This document shows positions 1 through 12,066 of a DNA stretch of 64,000 nt, piece after piece. Where the stretch lies: assembly GCF_001194135.2 (NCBI RefSeq), contig NC_068985.1, forward strand, positions 2,967,070 through 3,031,069, written 5' to 3'. This DNA is from Octopus bimaculoides. Lineage: Eukaryota. The stretch's first letter is position 1. Each line of letters starts with the position of its first letter. The translations under genes and the position numbers were made by a program. The notes beneath the pieces are model-generated. The model was not told the DNA's origin. It saw nothing but the letters and a program-made list of their open reading frames with translations, and ran no database searches.

Positions 1-350
1 TCAGTCTCTTTTGTCAAACCACTAAGTTACAAGCATATAAACACACCAACATTGGTTGTCAAGCGATTGTAGAAAGACAAACACAGATACAAAGACACAC
101 ACACACATAGATACATATATAAATACATATATACATACATATATAAATATATATATACATATAAATTAGTGTACGTTTTTATTCACGAATGAGGTGACCT
201 TAACAGGACACCTTACAAGCTAGAAAGGGCAGTTAAAAACCCAAACCACAAATAAGAGTAATTTCAAAGGGAATGAAAAATAAAAACATTTCAATAGTGA
301 CCACTGGTAGAATATTTCTCTAAATTTTCTACCCTTAATATTTACATACA

Positions 351-375
<25 letters not shown>

Positions 376-385
<10 letters not shown>

Positions 386-542
386 CAGGGTTCTTTCAGT
401 TTCCTTCTATCAAATCCACTCACAAGTCTTTGGTCGGCCCAAGGCTATAATAGAAGACACTTGGCCAAGGTGCCACACAGTGGGACTTAACACAGAACCA
501 TGTGGTTGGGAAGCAAGCTTCTTACCACACAACCCCACCTGT
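376..542 (-). mobile_element. tRNA-headed CORE-type SINE (family A), head and core
   Basis: Minus strand reads gtgtggtaagaagcttgcttcccaaccacatggttc...ggcaccttggccaagtgtc, a tRNA-like head plus the CORE-like ccttgggcaagt motif. The 3' part of the same family is at 1-110. Confidence 0.75.
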
Positions 543-1054
543 TCCTAAAGCAATGCCTATATATATTATATATTTCTTCAATCAGCATAAATTTGAAAGC
601 TGAATTAACAGAGAGGAGCTATAACTAGATGAAATTTCCAAGCAGTTAAAATGCACATGTCTTCAATATCCAAGGGGATAAAAAGTGTTCAACAGAAGGG
701 CACCTAAGAGTCATAATGTGAATGCAGCCTGGCCTCCTTCGAGTGTAAGAAGTTAAGGGGTATTTTTTCTGAGGACTTTCTCTGATACCACCACACTCCC
801 TACAGTATAGACACTTAAGAAATAGTTACCTTAACACATAGTGAGATCTTACTATTTTGGAGAGGAAAAAAATCAAAAAGCTGAAAACCATACACATCAT
901 ACATCAAGGTCAGATGATGTTTCATTAAGATGATGTGACATAAACGGAATGTGAAGTTGTAATTTTTCTTAAACATATTTGTTTGGGATGTTGGGTACAT
1001 TAGAATATGTACACATCTATATATACACACATGCTTGATTTTTAAAAAATTGTT

Positions 1055-1265
1055 TGGTTTTTAAGCCAACCATATCTAGCCGAAATATTCTATCTGTTTT
1101 AGGTTCAAACCACCCACATCTGGCCTCTCACACCTACCTTACAATGTCATTCTGAAAATAAACAATCACACCATTGAAATCTCAAAGCTATGAAATAATG
1201 AATGATTAATTCAAAACAATGTAAGTGTTATAGTTGACAGAGTTATCTGAATGCTAAACGATTAA
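1055..1265. mobile_element. piggyBac-type MITE (ttaaccctttagcatt family), degenerate
   Basis: Same internal sequence as 1400-1607, 26108-26300 and 34439-34820. Ends tgaatgctaaacgattaa, matching the ...gctaaagggTTAA end of the family. Confidence 0.6.
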
Positions 1266-1399
1266 ACTTAGAATAGAAACAATACTTAAGAGTGTGTGTA
1301 TGTAGGCGTGTGAGTGTGTGTGTGCGTGAGTGTGTGAGCACATTAGTATGTTAAGAATCTTTTTAGATAAGGTATTTATTTCTATTTGCCTCACTCAAG

Positions 1400-1607
1400 A
1401 ACACACTGGCCATATCCAGCCCAAATATTCTTGCTGTTTTATGTTCAAACCAGCCTGATCTGGCCTCTCACATCTACCATACAATGTCACTCTAAAAGCA
1501 CACAAATACACCGTCAAAATCTCAAAACTCCAAGACCATGTATTCAAAACAATGTGAATACGTAAGCTTTACAAGTGACAGAGTAATCAGAATGCAAGAG
1601 GATTTAA
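1400..1607. mobile_element. Second degenerate copy of the same MITE
   Basis: Colinear with 1065-1265 (ggccatatccagcccaaatattc...gacagagtaatcagaatgc). Confidence 0.55.
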
Positions 1608-1611
1608 AATA

Positions 1612-2005
1612 TCATCTTCTAACAAAGGCGCAAAGCCAGAAATTGGAGGGGGCGGGGGTGGGGGATTAGTCAGTTGTATCAACTCCAGTACGTGACTGGT
1701 ACTTTATTTTATTGAGTGTGAAAAAAAGAAAAGCAAAGCTGCCCTCATCTGGATTTTAGCACAAAATGTAAAGAGCTGGAATAAAAAATAATTTTAAGTT
1801 CTGGCACAGGGCCAGCAATTTCATGAGAGGGGTCAAGTTGATCACATCAACCTTAGTGCTCAACTGCTACTTATTCTATTGACCCCAAAAGGATTAAAAG
1901 CAAAATCATCCTCGGTAGAATTCAAATTTGGAACATAAAGTCAGATGAAATACCACTAAGGATTTTGCCTAGCATCTTAATAATTCTGCCAGCTCACTGC
2001 CTTCA
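1612..2005 (-). mobile_element. Two adjacent tRNA-headed SINE fragments (family B, Meta-domain-like)
   Basis: The motif actggtactt..att..gacccc..aaggat.aaag.caaa is shared with the intact copy at 28534-28762. Confidence 0.65.
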
Positions 2006-2159
2006 AGCCAGAACAAATATGGCAAGGCATTGTATCCAATGCTTTAATGATTCAACCAAATCACTACCCATTTTGCTTTAGAAATAATGTCAAAATACAA
2101 ACCTTACTCAAAATTAGAACAGTAAAATAGTGTCGTATATTTTATAAATGAGGAATTCT

Positions 2160-2710
2160 GTACATTATTTACATTGGATGGATGTGTGTCAATATGTGCC
2201 CTCATCTTGTTTGTTGTTACCACGTTTCAGAAGAGATGTTGAAAAATCGGGTATAGCTGATCATGTATGGAGAAATGGAGACCACCTCCCCCTGTGGGAT
2301 GAAATTAAGATAATAGACAGAAAACACCACTGGAAAATATGAAAACTAAAAGAGGCAACACATATGCTAGGACACAATAACCTCGTAAGAAGACCGAGTG
2401 CAGATATGAATAGCATATGGGAACCCGTATTAAGAAAGGATACAAAAATATAAAGTCTATAAGCCCTAAAATTCACTCTATAATTGGCCACGTGCATATA
2501 GTGTAATGGTTAAGAGAGCAGGCTACTACCTCATGAGTGTGAGTTCAATTCCAGTGCCTTGAATAAATAATAATGATATAGATAATAATAATAATAACAT
2601 CAGCAAAAAATACCAGGACACCTGATGAAGGCTGGAGAGTAAATCAGCTGAAACGTTGTGTTAACAACAAGGAAGATGAGGACAAATATCTGTCAAATGT
2701 AAAAAAGTAA
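2160..2710 (+). mobile_element. Penelope-like element remnant: inverted tail, GIY-YIG C-terminus, 3' pseudo-LTR
   Basis: 2230-2460 translates KSGIADHVWRNGDHLPLWDEIKIIDRKHHWKI*KLKEATHMLGHNNLVRRPSADMNSIWEPVL, like the PLE GIY-YIG C-terminus. 2160-2229 is the reverse complement of the 3' tail at ~2648-2709. Confidence 0.75.
2616..2662 (+). ncRNA. Type I minimal hammerhead ribozyme
   Basis: acac-CTGATGA-a-ggctg(gagagtaaat)cagct-GAAA-cgtt-gtgt. Stem I acac/gtgt, 5-bp stem II with one G-U pair, loopless palindromic stem III (aacgtt), GUU cleavage triplet. Confidence 0.65.
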
Positions 2711-2937
2711 AACAGTGAAAATGATATCATGCAGGAAATCTAACTGAGCACTGAAATCACTGCACTGACCAGTGAGTGTATATAGAGTGGTGAAGTGGAC
2801 AATGTAAATATCATTATCAAAAGAATTTAATCAGTTCTGAACAGCTCTATGCACAGGGTCATAACAGCTGAGGCTTCAGTGGCCAGTGCTTATAACAATA
2901 AATGAAATTCCACTTTCCTTGTTTTGGTTCTTATCAG

Positions 2938-3074
2938 AGAGAATGAACAAAGTGAGAAAAACTGGACAGAAGCCATTTTAAAATATTGTCCAATTGTAAC
3001 TTGGAAGCAATGTGGTGGCAGTGGCAGTAGTGGTGACAAAGTTGCTTCAGTAAATGCTAATTGTAGACACAAAG
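2938..3074 (+). CDS. Candidate internal exon, unknown protein (ENEQSEKNWTEAILKYCPIVTWKQCGGSGSSGDKVASVNANCRHK)
   Basis: Pyrimidine tract plus AG at 2936-37, open frame, donor AAG|GTATGG. No homology recognised. Confidence 0.3.
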
Positions 3075-3125
3075 GTATGGCAAATGCATTGACCCAAAGT
3101 TATAGAAATATTAGGCCATTTCCCT

Positions 3126-3158
<33 letters not shown>

Positions 3159-3899
3159 GTGTTTCTTTGGTTTTTATTTTTATTTAAAAGAGGAAAAAAC
3201 TGTCCTCCCAGCATTTGCGACTACACTGTTCTTTAGCTTTATCCAAAGAGTGAAACAGAAAAATGTTTCCGCTTAGAAAAAGAAGTTATTAAGGAAAGAT
3301 AGAACGATAATGTGCATGAAGATGATATCAAAGACAGCTAAAGAGAAAGTGAAAGTAACAGAAGTGTAGGGAGGGGGTGTTGGGCAGCAAAGGCAAAGAG
3401 AAAGGAAAAGAGAAATAGGAGAGAATTGGAAAGAAAAAAAACATTAAAAAAAAAAGAGATGGGGAAGCAGAGATACTTGAAAGAAACAGTTTGTTTGATC
3501 AGAGAGTTGTAAACAAGATGCAGTTTTAATGATTCTAAATACTGGTGGTTGAGATTAAAGATGGCTGGTCACAGCTACTTGTAAATGACAACAACGATCT
3601 ACTCAGCATTCTTTTGGGTGAAGAACAACAACACAGATCAACAGCAACAACAACTAACACAGTAATGCCAGTGCCATCATAAGAAAACAAATTATCAACA
3701 AAATTAACAACAACAAAAATCACCATAACAAAAAGAACAACAACAAAGAACTTCATCTGGCAACAAGACCATCAAGAATGTCAGCAGTAACGGTAGTAAT
3801 AGAAGAGTGGATGGCTTCTTTAACGGTTGCAGTGAAGAGTCTGTGGGATTTCATGGAGAGTGATTAGAACCGTTTCCTCTGAACAATAGAGATTCACTA

Positions 3900-3931
3900 A
3901 GGTTGTGGAGGAGGGAATGAACAAGGGCAAT

Positions 3932-3968
<37 letters not shown>

Positions 3969-4445
3969 TTGGTGGTGGGGGGAGTAGAATAAGAGAAAAT
4001 AGTGTAGGATGAGTGAATGAACTATGAGAGAGAGTTAATGGAGAATGATAACAAAAAAGAAGTAGAAGAAAGATAAGGTCCAAGAAGAGAGAATATAATC
4101 AGGAGAAATGGAGAGATGTAAAAGAAATGAAATGAGATGAAATGAAAGAAAATCTGTAAGAGGGAAGCACCAGAAAAAGGAGAAGTCTAACAGAAAAGAG
4201 AGAGGGGTAGAGGTTTAAGAGAACGGAGGGGGTAGTGGTATAAGAGAAGAAAGGAGAGAAAGGATGAGAGGACTTGGGAGAGAGAGAGAGATAAGAGAAG
4301 AAAGAGGGTAGAGTTCTTAGAGGAAAGGAGATTTGAATGAAGATATATATATATATATATATATATATATGGAGAGAGAGGGAACAAAACTGAAAGAGGC
4401 GAGAAAGAGATGTGAATAGGGAGGAGAGAAAAAAGACAAACTTGT

Positions 4446-4483
<38 letters not shown>

Positions 4484-4660
4484 CTGAGCTATGAGAGAAA
4501 GAAAGAATCTTCTGAGATAAGAAGGGTATAGAGAGAGAAAATAGCCTGTGTAGTTGAGATATGAGTAAGAAAGAGATTTGAGTGAAAAAGATCTGAGTGA
4601 GAGATGTAGGAGTGAGAGGAGAGACAGAGGAAGGGAAGAGAAAGAGAGAGAGATGTGGGG
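3900..4660. repeat. Long purine-rich (GA)n/(GAA) low-complexity tract with (TA)n
   Basis: Direct composition. Similar tracts at 24450-25070 (pyrimidine strand) and 50850-51260. Confidence 0.85.
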
Positions 4661-5324
4661 GGGGGAGTGATCTGTTGCATTACAAAAATGCTGTAAAGTT
4701 CTATTTGTTTACAAGAGAATAAAGCTATCGTTGGTTGCTGTTTCTGCATCTCATCAACCACTTTCCACCACACGAATACACTGATCTCAACAAATGTGTC
4801 AAACATTTCACACGAGAAGAAGCAGAAGAGAGAAAATGATTCCAATACATCCCCAAATCTAAATCCATTTCAATTTAATAGTGAAGTTTCGCTTTAAATT
4901 CTAAAAATAGTGCATATACATTTTTAAAGAGTTAAAGTGAACCCGTCAGTTAAGAATATTCAATAAATTTCCACAATTCAACAGTTCTAATGTTTACATC
5001 ATCTTCCCCACTCTCCTCTCCTTAGTTTTAAGTTGGCTTACACAGACACACACACATACACACACACACATGCACTGGAACATATCTGCAAAGCCCCTAG
5101 GCCAAGTGCCTTCTTCTATGGGTATTGGTTTCACCTAAATCATATGAAAGAAGTTGGGTAGCAGAAAACTGAGCAGAAACTCATTAGAAGGGCTGTATCT
5201 GTTCTTTGGTGTCAGTAAACTTTATTATTCATCTGGTTTAACAACACCAAGTAGTCCTTGATGACTTTAACATAATCCACCTTGAGCTAAGCTTTCATGA
5301 GATATGGTAATACATTTCATGCCA

Positions 5325-5594
5325 CCGGACTGGCTCCCGTGCAGGTGGCATGTAAAAAACACCATTTGAGCATGGTCATTGCCAGTATCGCCTGACTGGC
5401 CCTTGTACTGGTGCCACATTAAAGCACCCACTACACTCTCGGAGTGGTTGGCATTAGGAAGGGCATCCAGCTGTAGAAACCTTACCAGACCATATTGGAG
5501 CCTGGTGCAGCCTTCTGGCTCTCCAGTCCTCAGTCAAACCATCCAACCCATGCCAACATGGAAAGCGGATGTTAAACGATGATGATGATGATGA
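5325..5594 (+). mobile_element. 5'-truncated RTE LINE 3' UTR with (GAT)n tail
   Basis: gtggttggcattaggaagggcatccagctgtagaaac...ccaacccatgcc.acatggaaagcggatgttaaacgatgatgat. The same UTR is attached to RT coding sequence at 54901-55760. Confidence 0.8.
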
Positions 5595-7314
5595 TTAAGC
5601 CACAAATGAAAAAAAAAAGCCATTTCTGTGCATCTAATCAATAGGATTTAGGAACCTGATGTAAACTGTAAACCCATCAAGATAAGAGAGAACCAAAAGT
5701 GAGGCTGCAGCTCACAGATGGGGTACTGGAGAGCTACCTGTGGGCCTTAGAAATTTTCTCAATCTTTTCTACAAATTACTGTGACTCACTGAACAAGTGA
5801 TGACTTTTAGATACTTTTTTCAGTCATAATTAGTTGAATTTTTTCTTACATGAGCATTTTTGGTGGTGGAAATGGTGGTATGTGCAAAGATATTACTTTG
5901 TAAGATATATGTGTGTGCCAAGGACAGATGTAAAAGAATGGAAAGTAGGCCATTGGGAAAGAAGTTGCCACTCCCAAGTGATACATCCATTGATATATGC
6001 ACACACACACACACACACACACACACCATCATAATGTAAGATTTGTAAAATATATTAATATATTTACATAACACAAATGTTATCTAATATAGATTTCAGT
6101 ACATTAGGTAGAGTGGATAGATTTATTCATAATATCAAAAGTTGACAGTCTATGCAGAGTTTTACTTTGGTTTGGGTGTTTATGACAGTCATACGCGTGC
6201 ACACACACACACACACACACACTATATATAAAGTTGGCAGCTACTCAGTTTCACTCAGGGCCATTCATAACTGTCATGAACAGCTCAAGGTGAAAGTCCA
6301 TGTAGCCTACTATGTGTATATATAAAGTGTGCATGTGTATATGTGAGAGAGAGAGAGAGAGAGAGAGATTTGTTAAGTGCATGTGTGTATATGAGTATAC
6401 TAGCGGAAAGAATGGTCATACCAAAATAAGCCACTACAAAAATATGCAGAGAATAAGAGACTACATGTCTTATAAAGAAAGTATAGCCATCTTGAAAAGT
6501 CGACTGGATTTCTTCAGTTCTCAAAGATGAGCATCACTCACATAGAATATAGTGAAATACACAAAACAAGAGATTAAAAGTTTCAAGATGTATAAAGTAT
6601 ATAAAATGGTAAATGGTGATAGCAAATGAATGGCTAAACCAGCAAAAAGCATTGCAGAGCTAACTACAAAAGAATGAAAGCTACAATGATTTGTAAATTT
6701 AGAGTAAGTCCAAGGGTATGGTAGATTAAATTGACATGAGTTTATTACTGATAGGTTCTTGAGAGAATGAAAGTTTTAACCTAAATTTATCATGGACTGA
6801 ACTCAAATCACAATGGCAATCTGTTTGTGTGATTAAACACAACAAAGAGATTGCCATTATGCAGCAAATTTGCTTTACTGTATACATTATTGCTTCAAAT
6901 TTCAATATTCCTTGTCTAACCAATTGAAGCTACTGAGACAAGGATCTAGAACCCTTTCAAATACCATGTCCTGTGTCAAAGGTCATTATAGACAAACTGA
7001 ACTCCTTTTGCCATCCATCCAAATCAGCAAAGATTGTTACTTTACTTCAAGCAGTCATATATAAGACACAAAATGCAAGAGCATCATATCTGACGCTGTT
7101 GTAACCCTGAGAACTACAAGTACAAAACTGACAAACTGGATTGAAATGATGGCAGTAAATGCAAAATAGCATTGCTTGGAACCACAACCATCCCCTGTAA
7201 AGTCCTGAAAATCTGAATGAAGACTTTTACCTGAGCCCACTTGCTGTGGGCAGCTGACACTTTGTTACACACCCCTGTGACACTACTATGTTAAACAAAA
7301 GCAACAATGATCCT

Positions 7315-7514
7315 TTCTACTTAGGCACAAGGCCTGAAATTTGTGTGATGGAAGCTAAACAATTAAATCAATACCAGTGTTTGACTGGTCCTTATTTTCA
7401 CAACCCTGAAAGGATGACAGGCAAAGTCGGCCTCAGTGGAAGTTGAACTCAGAACATAAAGCTAGACAAAATGCTTAGCAGCATTTTGTTTGGCATGCTA
7501 ACAGTTCTGTCAGC
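7315..7514 (-). mobile_element. SINE family B
   Basis: ccctgaaaggatgacaggcaaagtcggcctcagtggaagttgaactcagaac, the antisense of the family B core and B box. Confidence 0.75.
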
Positions 7515-7879
7515 CAAGGATCAGGCCAATTACAAATAGAAGGAGTGAAATGCTGTTGTCTTCAAAAATGTCTCTTTTTATTTTAACTTTTTCATCCCCA
7601 GTTGTAATCTTGTTTCCCAGTGCTTCATGCTTCCTGAAAGTAAGTTGAGAATACTATTTGCTATAACACACAGAGTCTTTCTTTAACGACAAATAAAAAA
7701 TCATGTTAAAAGCTGCCTTCAAGAATCTTTTATCAAATGAATTGACCCCACTACTTATTTCTCTTTAAGTTTGGTAATTCTTCTGTCACTCTCCTATTGC
7801 CAATCTGCTAAGTTACAAGGGACGTAAACACAGCAACACAGGTTGTCAAGTGGTGATGGGAACAAACACAGACACAAAG

Positions 7880-7926
<47 letters not shown>

Positions 7927-8872
7927 TATAACTGATGAGTTTGTTTTAGTTTCTGTCAACCAAATCCATGACAAGGCTTTGTTGGCCTGGGGCTATAGAA
8001 GACACTTGCCGAAGGTGCTGCTGACTGGGACTGAACCCAGAGCCATGTGGTTGACAAGCAAACTTCTTACCCCACAGTCACACCTGTAGTTGATCTTTTC
8101 TTCTAACAGTTTCCTTTCTCCAACATGGCTGAATATTTCTTCTGCAATAACTCCAGTCAAAACTTTCTACATTCGAAGGAGACTCATAAAAGGTGTCTGT
8201 TTGCTGACCTCCTTACACTTTCAGCAATATCTTTCAGCAAAACCTATTAACACCAAATGTCATCCATTCAGGAATACTTTTATTTTCCATGTGCTCATGA
8301 AAGTGACTTCCAATCATGTAGTGTAATCCTTCAAAGTTTTTTATATGAAATCATTGAACCTTAACTTGACCAGGAGCAGCTTTCCAATTGGCCATCATTT
8401 TTATCTCGTTTTTTTAGCATTTTTTCTTTGAAATAGATATTTTAGTATTCATTTTTGCTGCAACCTCCTCTTTCCATCCTACTTCCTCAACGTGAACTTG
8501 TTCCCTTTTTTAAATATATCAACTCAGAATTGTCTTACTTTCTCCTTCACAGAGTTGAGTCATGTCTCCTGCTTGCTGTTCAGTTCTTGGTAAAACTTAA
8601 ATTGATTGCTTGTAATCAACCTGTATTCTTTGCCCTCTTTTATTATGTGTGTGTGTAATGTTTTACTGCAACAGGTGTTGCTTTTGAGCATTGTTTCAAT
8701 TCCTCAATAACAGTCTTGAAACCTTTTCACTGATTTGATTGACAAACATTCCGGTTAGTCCTTCTGAATATTTTTCCTTTAAGTCACCTATTTGTCCATC
8801 TCTCAACAAGTTCTATATCTTTTTTTGGAATTGGTCTGTTTTCCCCTTCCGTTCACTTCCAAAATGGATTTG
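7515..8872 (-). pseudogene. R4/Dong-clade LINE, inverted 5' segment (pre-RT region and RT N-half), interrupted by a SINE
   Basis: Minus-strand pieces in correct order: VIEELKQ, NQFKFYQELN, NWKAAPG, IPEWMT, KVLTGVIAEEIFSHV, SMKHWET, VKIKRDIFEDNSISLLLFVIGLI (equivalent to RRGIFQGDSLSPLLFV). Stops and frameshifts present. Confidence 0.75.
7715..8088 (-). mobile_element. SINE family A inserted in the LINE
   Basis: Head, core, internal microsatellite and 3' part all match family A. Confidence 0.75.
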
Positions 8873-9640
8873 TCTTTTGAGGAAAAGGAAAGAAAGAGAG
8901 ATAAATCATCATCTTTTTTATGGATGAGTTGAAAGGAGGTAAAAAGATTGGCAAATACAGTGAGAATTTTTACTGCAAATATAAATCTGGAATTCAGAGT
9001 GAAGAAGTGTGGTCATTTGATAGTGAAACATGGAAATGTAGTAAGGAAAGATGGAATGGAGTTGACCTCTAAAGAGGTTACAGAAGAGACTAACACAGGT
9101 AAAGGATATAAATAACTTAGTATCTTGGAAGCAGATGAAATATTTCATAACAGCATAAAATATATCATCAGAAACGAATATTACAAATGCATTAGAAAAG
9201 CAGCCTAATCAAAACTGAATGGAGGCAACACCATAACAAGTATAAATTCATGAGCAGTGCCACTTGTAAGAGTTGTGAAAGTTGGACAGAAAGATGAGAA
9301 AAATCTTTACAATGAACAAGTTATACTCTCATCAGAGTGATGCAGAGTGAATGTGCATCCCGAGAAAAGAAAGAGGCATAGGCCTGCTAAATATAACTGA
9401 ATGTGTTGAGAATTTGGAAAAGGAACTGACCAAGTATATTAGAACACCCAGTGAGAGAATGGTAAGTGTAAGACGGCTTACTGCAATGTATGTGAACTGT
9501 AAGTGAGGATACAAAGACAATGAAGAAGGGACAAAAGAAAGAATTGTGGACAAACAAAACATGACAGATAAAAGTTATAAAAGATAAAGAAGAAAATAAG
9601 AAGTATTGCATGTTGGAAAGTGATTATAAAAAGGCTTTTT
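8873..9640 (+). pseudogene. R4/Dong-clade LINE, forward 3' segment (RT C-half and thumb)
   Basis: INHHLF(MD), ANTVRIF, KKCGHLIVKHG, GKGYK*LSILEAD, SKLNGGNTITSINS*AVPLVR, KLDRKMRKIFTMNKLY, IPRKERGIGLLNITECVE. Confidence 0.8.
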
Positions 9641-9684
9641 TTTAAATTAAAAAAAAATGAAGAGTTGATATTTGCAGGCCAGGA

Positions 9685-10030
9685 TTATGTTCTCCACACA
9701 AATTGTGGTAAGAGGTTTGCTTCCCAACTACATGGTTCTGGGTTCACCCCCACTGCATGGCCAAACCACTAAGTTACAGGGACGTAACGCACCAACACCA
9801 ATCGATGGTTGGGTACAGACACAGACATAAGGGAACACACACACACACACTATATACAGAGCTATAGATATGCTGAGCCTCTTTCAGTTTCCATCTACCA
9901 AATCCACTCACATGGCTTCAGTTGGTCCAAAGCTATAGCAGAAGACACCAATCTAAGGTGCCACACAGTGGGACTGAACCCAGAACCATGTGGTTGAGAA
10001 GGAAACTTTTTACCACACAGCCACGCAAGC
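9685..10030. mobile_element. SINE family A composite (short plus-strand head abutting a minus-strand copy)
   Basis: ttgtggtaagaggtttgcttcccaac at ~9703 and the antisense head ending cacacagccac at ~10023. Confidence 0.7.
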
Positions 10031-10719
10031 ACCCTATTTGTTACTGTTATTTTCATAAACTTCTTCATTAACTTTATTACCAATTTTCTTTTATTTCCCA
10101 CAATTTTTATTTAAATGTCTACTTTAGTTCCAACAGTTAGGCTTCATTGTCCTTTGAATTTTAGATTTTCTTTCTAATTCCAAATGTGAATGAAGAAATT
10201 ATTCATCCAAATATTTTTCACAACCTCGCTATCAACACATCTCAAGAAATATGAGAATTTAATAAACTGTGTTAATTTTGAATTCTCTATGGACTTTCAG
10301 CAGCATCAAAAAACTATGGCGGCAGGTAGAAAATTAATTTTTGAATAGAATATATAGTTTATTGATTTTCATAATTTTAGCATGAAGTTTCATGAGAGCA
10401 GTTTTTCTTTTAATATCTTTGTATATGTTAATGAGAATATTAATAATAAAAAAAAATTAAAAATTTATGACACAGAGATGGCCAAAGTGATAAGGTACTG
10501 TTCCACTAGATTCTGGTTTATGAGATCAAATCTATTGAACTGTAAAAGTGCTTTAGTTCAGATTAATCACTTGGTTATAAGGAATACAGTTTTTTTTGTG
10601 TTTTTTTTTTTTTTGCAATTGCTTTGAGATCAAATAAAGTCTTGTGTACCTATTATTTCTTAAAGCTTTGCACAATTCGAAATGATCTGCACAAACCTGT
10701 CAAAAAATTCCTGCATGGC

Positions 10720-10887
10720 TCACTTCATCATAATACTGGAAAGAGAATAAGCCAACAAAAGCGGCACCAAGTGGATGCTTGACCTGTTAGAGATATCAGC
10801 CAAATCCCTTATGAAGCAAACATCATCAGCATCATCAACTGATGCCGGAGTGTCTGCTTTGTCAAATGTACTGCAGTGCATGCAGTC
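10720..10887 (-). CDS. Candidate terminal exon with hydrophobic C-terminus (DCMHC...SNRSSIHLVPLLLAYSLSSIMMK*)
   Basis: Pyrimidine-rich acceptor ending ttgttaAG, phase 0 compatible with exon 13938-14044, open to a stop codon. Confidence 0.3.
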   Translation of the reverse strand, partial: DCMHCSTFDKADTPASVDDADDVCFIRDLADISNRSSIHLVPLLLAYSLSSIMMK

Positions 10888-11299
10888 CTTAACAATGAGA
10901 GAAATTAAGTCAAAAACAGAATATCTATATGGTAATGAAGAAGTATTTTTGCAGAATTTTCCACCACCACCACCATCATCACCATCATCTATGTAGCACA
11001 AAAGAAAGTAATGCTTCAACTAGCTCTGGGCAAATTTTTCTCCATTATTTCAATAAAAATATATGAAATTTAGCAACATAACATCTCTTTTATTGCCCTT
11101 TTGTCTTCACATATCGTTTTCATAGTGTTTGTATTTATCTGAAGTGAAAATAAGTATGAAAAATGAGCCTCGAAGATAAAGAGATATCTTTAGCTTTTGC
11201 TTGTTTGGCACACATTTTATGCAACCCTTTCCCACCATCTCAGGGTCAAAACAATGGCAACATTAAATAATATATCTCTGAAACAAAGGCAGGATTCTT

Positions 11300-12015
11300 T
11301 TACTTGTTTCACTCATTTCACTGCAGCCATGCTAGAGCACCACTTTTAGTCAAACAAATGAACCTCAGGACTTATTCTTTGTAAGCCTAGTATTTATTCT
11401 ATTGTTTGCTTTTGCCGAACCACTAAGCTACGGGGACATAAACACACCGACATTGGTAGTCAAGTGATAGTTGGGGGAATAAACACAGACACACAACTGC
11501 ATGCATGCATACATACATACATACATACGGCAAATGAAAGATGGAATATACAAGAATTTATTATTAATCATGACAATTATTTCGACACATCTACTACCAA
11601 TTCTTCATGGGGGGGGGGGACACTCAACAACTGGTTCAGGAGCATCTGGCGGTGCAGATGCATCTCATCAGGTGATAATTGAATATAGCTCATTAAAATA
11701 ACAGTTCCACAATGTAACTTCCCATTTTGTAGAAAGAAAAGCAGCCAGACAGATGAAATATCTTCATCTATATAGAAGATCAAAAATAAAATCACAGATA
11801 GCAAAAAGATAAACAAACATGCAATCCAGCGAGAAAAGAATATATATATATATATATATGATAAGATTCTTTGAGTTTCCGTCTACCAACTCCATTCACA
11901 AGGCTTTGGTCAGTCCAAGGCTATAGTAGAAGACACTTGCCCAAGGTGTCACACAGAGAGACTGAACCCGGGACCACGTGGCTAGGAAACAAGCTTCTTA
12001 CCACACAGCCACTCC
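11300..12015 (-). mobile_element. SINE family A, split by unrelated sequence and microsatellites
   Basis: 3' part at 11300-11520, head and core at 11865-12015. Confidence 0.7.
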
Positions 12016-12066
12016 TGCATCTGGTCACAGAATATGATCGTAAGACCATTAAACAAAGAGACTGAA

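Noticed and set aside
4725-4839. Plus-strand frame YRWLLFLHLINHFPPHEYTDLNKCVKHFTREEAEERK*
   Set aside because: It looks protein-like, but the acceptor is purine-rich, its phase is incompatible with exon 2938-3074, and no homology was recognised.
6720-7260. Possible ancient RTE RT fragment (KIVTLLQ, NWIEM, NSIAW)
   Set aside because: The motifs are too degraded to call by eye and would need a profile search.
10752-10996. Plus-strand ORF MLDLLEISAKSLMKQ...
   Set aside because: There is an in-frame stop just upstream and a purine-rich acceptor. The minus-strand reading has better splice support.
11630-11685. Minus-strand CTGATGA followed by a strong hairpin
   Set aside because: There is no GAAA after the hairpin and no stem I partner.
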